Of a DNA stretch of 64,000 nt, positions 52,639 to 64,000 are shown piece after piece. The notes beneath the pieces are model-generated. The model was not told where the DNA came from. It did no database searches and saw only the letters and a program-made list of their open reading frames with translations. Source of the DNA: Antedon mediterranea (taxonomy: Eukaryota; Animalia; Echinodermata); the NCBI RefSeq assembly GCF_964355755.1, contig NC_092671.1, positions 16,554,001-16,618,000 of the forward strand, in the 5' to 3' direction. Numbering within the stretch: position 1 is the stretch's first letter; every line of letters starts with the position of its first letter. The translations under genes were made by a program, and so were the position numbers.

Positions 52639-55400
52639 CCTGCCGTGCAGTTAAAGTCTTTCTCCCGCTGTTACAACCGTTCCCCACAAGTATCACATAC
52701 CAGTGAAACAAAAAAAATACACTTGTGTTAACATTAGGTGATTGTCCAGGGAGTGAGTTATTTATAGTAGTGAATATCAGACAATGGTAACCGGACGAAA
52801 GAGCACATACAACCTCCAATGAACTCTCGTATCTGACATACTTCATAAAAAGAAGGTAATTCATAACTATAATAGGCAAACATAGGCTATGTGCGTCAGG
52901 CCTACTTTCATTGCCAAAACAACATAGAAGGTATAGTGTCCTATATTAATAACCTGGTTGTCTAAAGGGAGGCTGATTGAATATTTGGCCATAATAAGTC
53001 CCATGGCGTTTTAAATTTAATAATGAAGATAAAACCACATGTATTAAATATTTTAGTTAGAAAACACAAATGACTCCACTGTAAAAAACATACTTTCTGT
53101 ATCAACAACGTAAAAAAAACAATTTTAATTTCTATTCTATAGTAGGATTAGGCTGTTTGCCAGAATGTCTAGTAGTAGACCAACGTTCCGCAAACTAATG
53201 TATGGAACAAACATCAATTACAAATTACTTTTTTTAGTTGTTTCGTCCATTCATAGGCAACAGTTGATTTTTCAGTGGCTAAAACTGTATAATATCATCC
53301 AGTATATACAGTATTGTTGTATAGGCCTAAGTACAACAAAAAGAATTCAACCGACTTCGTTAATCAACTTGATGATATGGTGACAGCAATACATGCTTTT
53401 TACTAGTTATGATTGTGATAATGCATAGTGTAAAATATTACATCCATATGTGTCATGTGCGTTTTAAAGGGAAAACTCCGGTCTGTGCTGAATTTCCTTG
53501 ACATTGCCGCAATTTTCAGTGTCCATATTCCTAAAATATTAGGTAGTATGACTATTTAATTTTCTTAAAATGATGCTTTATAAACGAATTCCATAAAAAC
53601 CGAAAACCACATGGCTGGTATTATTAATAATGTTATACTAAATAGCATATAACAAGTTTGCATTTGAGTGAACCAATTGCTTTTAAATAATTTTGCCCAG
53701 AAACCTGAGTCAAAACATTTTCACAAACAAGCCTTTGTTTCATTATAGAAGCTACAGTACTACTAATAAATCATGAATGGTACTGCTATTCTCTAGGCTA
53801 ATCAGAAGTTGAGTCCAACTTGCTTTTTACAGCAAACTATCACCTGCTTTGAAAGTGTAAATTGGATATTAAGAAAGATATACAATACAAAACACAGCCT
53901 TAGGTACAGATGTCTTATGTCTGAATCATACTTTTAATATTCTAAATAATTGCACTGGGTTGCCAAATTTTCCTTGATTTATATTCTATCTTAAAAATGG
54001 GATATCCATTCTTTCCGTTCTTTTGTATTTGTTCTTGTAATTTTTATGTCATTGACGCATTGATATAGTGAATAATTATTTATAGAATGACCAAAATTAA
54101 AAGACATTAAATTCTACTAACTTTCAATTGTGCAATTGTAAAATTATTGTACTGTGTATCCTCTTTGTACAGTATCTTATATGTCATCTATATAGTATCA
54201 TTTAAATCATATCATACTCAAATTGGCTACAATTATTTCTAACAACCACCAAACACCAAATCAAATTTATTCAACTTATGGAATCTTTCAATTTAACAAA
54301 TGTTTCTGTTTCTATGATATAATATAAATATGCCATAAATAACAATTGATTTTAAATTAAGAGTTGATATTATATTAGTCATGAGATTAGCTTTCAAGAT
54401 AGTTGAGTTATAAGACCTTTGGGATCAGAACTGTAATAAGCTGGACAGGCCTGAGGCAGATTTGCTATTAAACTGGTGAGGATGGTCATCTACTGATAAA
54501 ATGACCTGCTATAATTGTGACATGTGTATGCAGATTGAAAGCAAGAGGAAAAATAATTGTTACATTAACTGTCAATGGTGTTCAAAAGGAACTGGATAAG
54601 ATGACCTTCCTTCAGGTGTCCTAAATCTTTAAATGAAGAGTAAAGGTTACACATTAAAACTACCAATACAAAAGAGCCAAAGGGAGAAACATAGTCATCA
54701 CCAATTACAATTCAAAAGTAAATATAGTACAATAGGTGTATTGTTATATACCCAGAAAGGAAAGTAAAATGGGGTACATCCTATTGCACAAAATAAACCC
54801 GTAGCCAACAGAAGGTTCAAACTATTTAGGCCAGTAGCCTTTGTTTTCTATACCAACAGTGGAAAGTTGATAGAAAAATGGGCCTAAACAAACCTACCAT
54901 ATCTCAGTTTTATTCAAAATTAAATAAAGCCAAATTAAAAATGAATGCATTACTTAGTTAAATCATAATAATACTTATGTACTGTATTTAGACAAAAAGA
55001 CAATAACAAAATTGTTTATACTTTGGTTATTAATTTAATTTTACTAATACTTGCTGTACAATTTCTACAAAATTAATTTAGAAAATAGGCAAACACTCCT
55101 TGTGTCCATTTAAATTGTCACCTCAATTTGACTCAGACAGATTTGGTTTTCCCAGAGAAATAAGGTTTTCCAAACCATTTAAAAATAAAACTGTTTTAAT
55201 TTAGTAATTTATACTACAAAGAATATTAATTGAATTTTGAAACAACTAAAAATTCAATTATTAAAAACATTGTAAAAACAAAATCCCAACAATAGCTATT
55301 AAAGTCTGCAAAATATTACCTTATTTCAATTTAGGATAGAATTGATAGGTTATTTAGAACAAGGCAGCCTGTCCTATATACTACTATATGTAGAGTATTA

Positions 55401-56476
55401 GGCCCTGTTCAGACCCATGGCGTTAGACCGTTTTAGCGTACGACGCTAAAAGAATGTGTGTCTGAACAGTTGAGGATTAGCGTACAACGCGTCGTACAAC
55501 GGTTGTAGCGTTGTAGTGGAAAACGGTTGATAGTACCGTTTTAGCGTACGACGCTACTGTAAGTCAACGTTGTATCCAATCAGAACGTTTCCTGTTATGA
55601 CGCGAAACAAGAATTGACCTAGGCTGACATCTTGTATCGTCAATGTGTGAGATGGATTTCAATAACAAAAAGGCCAGAATAAATAAGGCCTAACTACACT
55701 ACAAATACAACTGTTACAAAGGCTACAAACTACTATCAACTGATTACCAATATATTTTCTAACAAATGACTTAAATACATGCACCTTGTATTTAAACATA
55801 GGGACTACGATCCCATCCGCTTTTTAGGCCTAGCTAGGCCTAGAGCCATTCACGCATTTCATTCAAGCTAAAAACTAGCGTGGGACATCAAGTCAGTCAT
55901 TCATACAAGGCAGACTAGACTGGACAAGTTTAATGCTGAAAACCCCCTAACTCCTAAACAAATCAGTAAACAAACAAGGGGAGCTGTGTCCCTTTTATTA
56001 GCAAGTTAAGGGTTATTTTCAACCGACTGGACCAAAGAATATATATCTTTGACTGGACTGAATAGACTAATCACAATCATTTTTTTCTTCATCATTACGA
56101 GGCCTGCTTTATTTTCGTAACACAAGAGCCTGGGGAAAATGTTTTTTACTACAAACAAAATAAAAACAATAGAAACAGAAATTTGGCACTACTATATTTC
56201 TTATAAATGCTGAGGTATGTTTTATTTACGGCAAATTTTGTCATAATTGTAGGGCTGAGATCTAGGCCTATATACAGTGGAAATAATGATGAAAACACGT
56301 GGGTAAGAGCACATGAATATGCAACTAGAAACAACCTGGATGACGTACTTCCGTTGTAACGATAATCGTACGCTATGGGTCTGAACACCTCGTTTTTTTC
56401 TCTGCGGTTTGTAACGTGACCTTGATAGTAACGTTGTACGCTAAAACGGTCTAACGCCATGGGTCTGAACAGGGCC
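55401..56476. mobile_element. PIF/Harbinger MITE, 1076 bp, young
   Basis: Perfect 41-bp TIR GGCCCTGTTCAGACCCATGGCGTTAGACCGTTTTAGCGTAC with TSD TTA on both sides. Confidence 0.95.
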
Positions 56477-56500
56477 TTACACACACTTCAGTAGTTGATG

Positions 56501-56521
56501 CATGGAGGAAAAACCTCCATG
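56501..56521. other. 21-bp palindrome with a perfect 7-bp TSD (P-superfamily footprint-like)
   Basis: GTTGATG-CATGGAGG-AAAAA-CCTCCATG-GTTGATG. Confidence 0.65.
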
Positions 56522-56632
56522 GTTGATGTTAGCACAAGGCTACCCTATGTATGTTAGCACAAGGCTACCCTATGTCTATGCACTTTCAATTAAATTTCAT
56601 TTCTCTTCATTTCTATTCAGAGATAAGAGACA

Positions 56633-56674
56633 TAAGTAGGTCAAATCTATGAAGGTCATTCTGTAAAAAGGTCA
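56633..56674 (+). promoter_or_regulatory. RORE plus two further AGGTCA half-sites
   Basis: TAAGTAGGTCA, then AGGTCA at 56653 and 56669. Confidence 0.5.
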
Positions 56675-57902
56675 ATCAACCTTCAAAGGTATATAGCTTC
56701 TGTGGATACAATCTCTGTGGTAGTTTTTTTTGTATTATAAATAATATTATTTTACTTTTAATATTTGTTTTGTAACTAGCATTATAAAGTATATATTAGG
56801 CCACAACACAGTACATGATTTTTCCAATTAAATTTAGGGGAATCAATTGCAGTTTCCTGAACTTGTATTCAACATTGTACATTATTAAATTTATTAAATC
56901 AAAATAATACAAAAGGCAATGATTATGCCCTTGCTTCTAAATAACCTTGTAAAGTAACTTGACATAAAATAATGAATGAAAGTAAATTACAGCATCAATT
57001 TCTTTTAAGAAAAAAGCCATACATTTATACATTTTTTTTCTGAAATTGTAATATTTTTCCCCAAGCTCCGATGCCCTTAAATACTTTCTGTTTTAATTTT
57101 GTTTCACACAACTTGAGTATTATGCTTTCAAACATTAAATGGATCTATTGGGACTCTAGTGAATTCAACTGATACAGTCCTATGGAATTTCGAACAATAA
57201 AGATGATTGATATTGAAAAATGTTTTTTTTTTATTGTTGTTAATTTTATATATGTTCTTAAATATATTCACAACTAAGTAATTTGTTGTTACTATTTTGG
57301 TCTGGCTTCTTCCTTGCAAATTTTTTTTTTATTTAGTGCTGCATAAGTTTATAGTCACTACCATAAATTAGTTTGTGCTATTGTACACTAAAGGTAAAAT
57401 GTTTTAATGAATACATGAATACTTATTAAAATGTAATACCTGCACTTTATGAACTAATAATTTATGTAATTAACAGATAAAGAAAGTATAAAGTAAGGTT
57501 ATAACAGTACAGTTAAATGACCTAATTCTCGATTTATTTATAAATTTGCCAGACATCTTAACCTACATATAAAGAACTAATAAACAAACGTAATAGTCTG
57601 ATAGTGTTTATCACCATTCAGTACTGTTTCTTGATGAACTTTTTCTTATGTCAATAAATTTTCCCCAGACATGTTTAAATTTTCTGTTGATAATTTCTCA
57701 TGACATCCATTTAGTTTTCTTTGTTGTTGGTACAGTATGTTTTATACTATAAATGTATAACAGTTTTCATTTCCATATACAGTATGGAGAGTAGAGTAGA
57801 GGTTCAAACTTATTTCTTGTTTTGGTTACTGTAGAAACTGTTTAAATCGGGAATGAGGGGTTAAAGTAGACATAAATTGAATACAGTACATCATATTGTT
57901 AA

Positions 57903-58497
57903 AGGCCAGGTGCGGGCAAAAAATTTCTATTGATCATACATTCCAATAATTTTTGATCTATAGTTTGCCCTATGTTTCATAATTTTTGAGATTTTACTTG
58001 TGTTACACAAGCTTGTTGAAAATAAGCACTTTCTTATCAGTGGGGGGGATAGTTCAAATTACACAGCAAAATCTCTATTCTTTTGTACACAAATTTTGTA
58101 AATAGAGAGGCATTTTAAAAATCTATGAAAAATAAAGGGTGTGGTAAAAAATGTTATCAGATGACTAAATATAGATAATATAACTTGAATATTACATTTC
58201 TGATATTTTTAATCAACTTCAGATTTTTATTTTTATGCTATAGCAAACATTATCCACCGTATATCCACCATCTTTTTTCACCATCTAGGGAGTCACCAGA
58301 CAAGTTATTACATTAGGTTAACTACCTAACTACTGAAAAAAAGTCTTCCTGGTTTTTATGGAAGAATTTTGCAAAATTTTGTATTTTACCATATTAAGGG
58401 AAATTCATGTTTTTTCGTCTTGATTTCTGTTACAAATATTTTATTTATGTACAATTAACCAAATATTATATTTAAAATTCCTGCCTGTACCTGAGCT
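57903..58497. mobile_element. Kolobok-type MITE
   Basis: TTAA TSD, AG...CT termini, imperfect TIR AGGCCAGGTGCGGGCA / TGCCTGTACCTGAGCT. Confidence 0.7.
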
Positions 58498-58575
58498 TTA
58501 ATAGCAGTTCTACTCTTTTCCTAGTTTTCATTTTCTAACTTCAAAATGTTCTATTTTATGGGTACTGTACACATA

Positions 58576-59081
58576 CAGTAGAACCTCCATTTTACGTACG
58601 GTACGGGACTGAAAGGCGTACGTAAAACAAAGGATTCGTAAAAGGTTGACCTTAAATTGACCCCAAATACGTAGAGATCGTAGGTAAAAGCTACCCTTTG
58701 TCTACTTTACTGAACAGCATGCAGGTTGTCACTAGCTAGGCCTTGCCTAGACTATTCAGGCCAGGCTAGCAGGCCTAGCAAGATGTGAGGCCTAACTAGA
58801 AAAGTACAGTACTGTACAGTATATACAGGCTGTGAGATGTTTAAATAAAGTGTAAAATATCAATTTTCTTGTATTTTCTATCAATAAAAACAGTCGCTGC
58901 TTAAATGCACGTGCGTAGCTTGTCTCAAACACACATAACACACGTCACACACACAGCCACAGCTTTTTTGTTGTTAAATTGCGCCCTCAATGTAAGAAAA
59001 TGATGACGTCATCGGTTATTTTAAGCGTACGTAAAATCAAGGGAACGTAAAATCAGGGTACATAAAACACAGGTTCTACTG
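58576..59081. mobile_element. Tc1/mariner (pogo/Tigger-like) MITE
   Basis: TA TSD, TIR CAGTAGAACCT / AGGTTCTACTG, sub-terminal CGTAAAA repeats. Confidence 0.88.
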
Positions 59082-59196
59082 TACTTTAAATAATATTTTT
59101 GTATGTTTTTGTTTTAATTTTTTTTTTAATTATTGCCGACTCATTTGCTCTTATTTCATTCATCAGCAGAATGTTCTTATAAAAGGAATAAGGGTG

Positions 59197-59563
59197 AAGT
59201 TCAGATCCATGGCGGTAAATGCTTTTTTATCGCAAGCAATGTCATAATATAATTAGCGTCGTAACAGCAAAGTGTTCAGATTTGCTTAACTAACGCTTTC
59301 GTTTGTAGTGCCACCAATTTGGGCAAACATCTGGTATTCAGAAGTAAATTTGATTGGTTAGGTCAAAATCGTTGATGCATGACTTTCGTATCGTCAGCGT
59401 CGTTCACTAGTCTCATACATTGAGCTGTTGTAACGAACGATCAGTGTTGTAAGAGGTGGCTTCCAATAATCTTTTTCGGGTTCAGACCTACAGTAGGAAT
59501 ATGATGGCGTACAGTACACTGTGTATAATACGAAAGCATAACTCCGTAGGTCTGAACAGGCCC
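59197..59563. mobile_element. Decayed Harbinger-type MITE related to 55401-56476
   Basis: GTTCAGATCCATGGCG on the left and GGTCTGAACAGGCCC on the right. Confidence 0.55.
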
Positions 59564-60401
59564 TAGTTTAGGTTTAATTTAAAGGCATAACAAACCTTGG
59601 ATAAATCTTACCTCAAGGATAAGAATCTCTAAAACTTTAGTCTTTAGGACTAACAAACTAAAAATTGTCTCATCAACAACTATTGTGAATAACATTATGG
59701 CTAACACTTACTTTCACCTTTCAATCTTGCTATAATAAAGGTGGATTTGAAGCATAAGGCTGTTTGCTTATAGCAAGGTTGCTGAATAATAATTACAATT
59801 TGTTTCAAGGTTGAAGCCCCTTTTATTATTAGAGGAAATTCATGTACAACTTTCTTGATTTCTTCTATCTATGTCACCTTTGAGAATGTGACTGAACAGG
59901 CAAATGTGTATGTGGAGAGTTGTGAACAAACCCATTAGGCTAATTCAAAAAAATATACTTGTTTAGCAAATTACCAACAATTTGGCTAGAGAACAAAATT
60001 AAATGCTAATTGAAAAGGATCAAATTAAAAACATTGAATTACTTTAAGGGAGAAAGGCATAAGAGATATTGTGCAAATAAATAACATAATCAAATTTGTT
60101 AATCAAAACATCTTACTATACTATATAACACTAAAATTATGTGTTTTTTTTTATTCATTACTAAATAATGATTTATATAAGGTTAAAGCTGGGTTAAAAA
60201 ACATAAGTAAATTTCACTTTATTATTGGTATTGGGACAAGTCGGCCTGTGATGAATTGGCATAGGACGGTTCATAGGCCTGTATTTTATAAACATAAAAG
60301 GTTCTTCAATAACGTTTAATTTGTGGTTTTGTTTTATATTCAGAAAAACTGTTGGGGTACTGATAAATACTGGATATAGGGCGTAATAAAACATTGCTTA
60401 A

Positions 60402-61032
60402 AGACCCCTTCCCTGCAATTTTGGACGTTTTTTTGAAAATAATACATATATATCACTTTAAAAACATTAAACCATGTCATTTCTTGTCTTAAATGTACGT
60501 TTTATGGTAAATTATGATAAAAAGTGAGAAACAATGCACTACCTAAGTAGCTCGCGGCGATCGACCTCTCGTGGACGGTCTTAGGCCTAGCCTAGCTAGG
60601 CTTAGTTTTGTAGGCCTAGCTGGTAAACATCGGTAACGTACGAACATCGTACGCGAGCTATATACTGTACCTAGCCTGACGTTGTATAGTTGCTGCATTA
60701 ATTGTCTTTCTATTTTTGCCAGACTCCGTTGATACAAATTGGGGAAAACCCGGTATTTTCGCTGAAAAGTTAGGAGTCTTCCATTTGTTTTGGCCTCACG
60801 ATCGATCGAAAAGTGGGCGAATTACAGGTGAAAAACAAAAATATCAATCCGCGCGCAATGCATTTTGGGATTTATAGCAGGCCGCTATAATTATTAGAAT
60901 CGACTTATTTTTCACATTTTTAACCGTTTAAAGACGAAAAAAGTTATCGCAATAGGACCATATAGTATTATTTTTACATTAAATATAGTTTGTGATCTTA
61001 AATTAGATCTAAAAAACGTAGGGAATGGGGCT
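60402..61032. mobile_element. Kolobok-type MITE
   Basis: TTAA TSD (60398-60401, 61033-61036), TIR AGACCCCTTCCCT / AGGGAATGGGGCT. Confidence 0.8.
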
Positions 61033-63529
61033 TTAATAGCCAAATCATCCTCGATTCATATATTGACCTAAGGATAAAAATCTAATTTGGAAAATAAATT
61101 TAAGCACATACAGTATGGAGGGAGTTTGGAGGGTGTGGACTTAATACTATGCCCATATCAGCATTACTGAGCTTACGATTGGGATCACATACGATCGGGA
61201 GCAAGAAGATAGAGGGCCCAGTTTTTAAGGTCTAAAATTTGTATGAATTTTGAAGTAGAGATTCTTAGAGGGTTGCTGTAGGTTTCAGTTTATTCAGAGG
61301 TTAAGTTGATTATTCAGCAGTTAAGCTAGGTTGATTATTTAGGGATTAGGTTTATCACAGTTAAAGTTCATTTTGTTATTTATGGGCCAATCATATATTT
61401 ATAATAATACAATTATTTTTTTAATGTACTGTATACTACTTTAATATCACATTCAAAACAGACAAAATTGAAACAAATTAAAGGCTTATGAAATTATTGT
61501 CACTTTTAAATAAAAAAAAGTCAGTATAATTATAACTTAAGAAATCTAGGTCACCAGATAAACTTATGATTTATTAATATCCTGGATAAAATATTTATAT
61601 ATATAGAATAAACGCCTTGAAAGTTTAATACTATTTTATTCATATAACATAAGATAGCAAGCTTAAATCATAAAAAAAAATAATTAAAATTAAGACCTAA
61701 ATTTGGTCAGTGACCTAGAATAACTTTTTTTCTATGAAATGCTGGTATACACTACAGTAGCTCTTCAAATATACTGTAGTAAATGGTCATTTTGTGATTT
61801 GTATGTAGAAAGATTGTCCTTAGTACTCACAATATAGAACTCTTTACTATAGAAGATTACATATTTCCCTTTATTAATAATAATGCTACCATGATATTTG
61901 AAAATATGGATAAACAATTAAGATATTAAATATAGACCGCAAAGTATCTAGGACATTAAAATTGACACATATTCAACAGGAGGTCATAAAGTAGAAGATT
62001 AGATATTGTATAGAGGAATTAGGTGAGATACATGTTCAGTTACTATATTGTCAATTACAAATATGTTACACTATGAGTATTGTATGCAGAAGAGATTTGT
62101 TCAAATATGGATCCTTTAGATTTCTATTATAAAAATATTGGAATTAAACTACTGTAATTTTACTAATTTTGACATCATGATGTTGAAAAGTATCACTACA
62201 CGACCATCCCCAAAGACAGTGGTTGCTAATGCATGTACTGTACAGTATCTGAATACACATACTGTAGGCCCCAAACCATGGGTGTGGTCTCACCATCACT
62301 AAATTCCTGCTACTGTACACTACTGTTTGATCACTGTAAATGCCTAGCCATGGCGGGTATTCTTTGTTGTTCCAGATATAAAAGACATTTACCCTAGATC
62401 TGGAGGTTGAAATACCAAATGAACTTTAATGTTAATATTTATACTGGCATTGTATGTTATATCCATACATACTAGATTGTCAACTGTATACAGTACAGTA
62501 GACAGGAAGTGATTGCAACATGAGGAAGGTGGGGGGAGGGGGGAGATGACTCAACATGGCCGCTATAATTAAAATATTTTTGATGAATATGAAATGAAAT
62601 GAATCATTTTTGCGTACAGTACAATGGTCTTTTAGAATACGTTCTCGCGTTGCAATGAAGGCGTACAGTTCTTCGTGATTGTGTAGAGGGGGCAGTGTAT
62701 TGTATGGTCAATCACAGCCACCATATGGTGTGGTCAAGCCAATATGGTGTGGTCTTCCTCCATGAAGAATTACTTTTTGAACTGTGAACAGTACATTTAC
62801 CCCTTTTTTTATATTATCCATTTTTTTAAATACTTTTTTTACATAATTCCTTTATTGTTTTTTACAACATTTCACAGATGGTGTTGTTACTACTGTGTTG
62901 GGTTCAATACAGTATGTTGTTTGTTATCTACTGTACACACTGTTCAAATTCACTGAGTTAAGCATGCTCAATTGATAAAGGTATCATATCAGACTTTCAT
63001 CTGTGTTGTTACTGTAACTCATAATAATTGTAGGTCTACATCTGCCTACTACAACAAGCAATAAAAATAGAGGGCGAGTTCTTGGCCTACACATTTTATT
63101 ACAATTAAAATACTCAAGAATACAGTAAAATAATGTTTAATTAATATGATACTCTCAATTAAGGAAAGATGCATTCTAAAAATTGTAAAAGTTCACTTTT
63201 TGGAACACTTTACTTACTTACTTACTATCAATATTGTTTGAATTGGAAGAATAGTTCATATAGTTAATTAAAAGTAAAGTTTTCATTTGGAATAATAATA
63301 ATCGTACTACATAGGCCTTAGTATTACTACACAGTAGAGTAGTACCTAGCCTAGGCCTTGATATAGAATAAAATAATCTCCATTGTTACACAATACAAAT
63401 TTCAAATAATACAAAGGGGCCCATTGTCAGTCAAGTAAAACATGTTTCAGTTCAGATAAGCAGACTGGCAGTGGTGTGATGTCCATTGACTGAAAAAACA
63501 AAAACTCATCCTGCTGGCTGACAAAATAA

Positions 63530-63660
63530 ATATAGGCCTACCTCGTAGGCTAGGAAAACTAGGCCTAGATAGGGGTATAACCGGGCCTGTGCATGGGCCT
63601 AGCTAGCTAGTCTAGGCCTAGCTAGTAGTAGTAGTAGTAGTAGACCTAGCCTAGATAGTA
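63530..63660. repeat. TAGGCCTA/(TAG)n low-complexity tract
   Basis: Same vocabulary as 6380-6830. Confidence 0.8.
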
Positions 63661-63752
63661 ATATGTATTATTTCTTCTTCCTTTCCTACTCTATCACTGT
63701 TTTAATTTACAAAAAATACGCGAAATTAAGATTGCCTACACCGGTTATTCAC

Positions 63753-64000
63753 CTCCGGCAGACAACAGAACAGACTTTATTAAACCTGCAGCGATTTCGG
63801 TAAATTAGCAAATGGGGAAGCCCAGCATGATTTCTTAATGCACGCGAAAGAGAAGTTAAGCAGACACGATGATGAGGTCTGTTTTGTTTATTAGGCTCTT
63901 CGTCGTTTGTTAAACACGCTCTCCTCAGCTCCCCGCATTCGGAGAGGCTAGCAAACCGATTTAAACAAACCTTTTAATATCATACGTATTCTCAATATCT
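63753..64000 (-). promoter_or_regulatory. Candidate non-coding first exon of the nuclear receptor gene
   Basis: CpG-richer segment ending in GAG|GTGAAT (63747-63752), followed on the minus strand by a TAGGCCTA tract. Same layout as the left-hand gene. Confidence 0.35.

Noticed and set aside
27978-57470. TTATGTAA D-box (PAR-bZIP) sites
   Set aside because: The number seen is about what AT-rich composition predicts.
25008-58913. CACGTG E-boxes as CLOCK/BMAL input
   Set aside because: The ones I saw (about 25008, 46257, 56296, 58908) lie in MITEs or in a coding exon.

Overview
AT-rich (about 30% GC by eye), intron-rich animal genomic DNA. The repeat types and TAGGCCTA-rich tracts look echinoderm-like, which is an inference. 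Most of the window is one minus-strand nuclear receptor gene. Seven coding exons (46244-46336, 29669-29807, 20417-21441, 17033-17152, 13211-13337, 12313-12423, 11698-11888) join at GT-AG sites in frame to give about 600 aa. The ligand-binding domain is Rev-erb/E75 (NR1D)-like: it has no AF-2 helix and keeps the helix-11 His. Unusual features are a PPAR-style 3-residue D-box, no visible Cys-Pro heme ligand and a PLDLS (CtBP-type) motif in the hinge. The introns and upstream region carry at least 15 perfect ROR/Rev-erb response elements and two 5'-extended DR1 elements, which suggests a heavy autoregulatory circuit. A second, unidentified minus-strand gene starts at the left end. The rest is mobile-element debris: Harbinger, hAT, Kolobok and Tc1/mariner MITEs, a Helentron-type element, a tRNA-SINE, L2/CR1 ends, Penelope-type minimal hammerheads and apparent transposon excision footprints. 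All calls and counts were made by eye; no searches were run.
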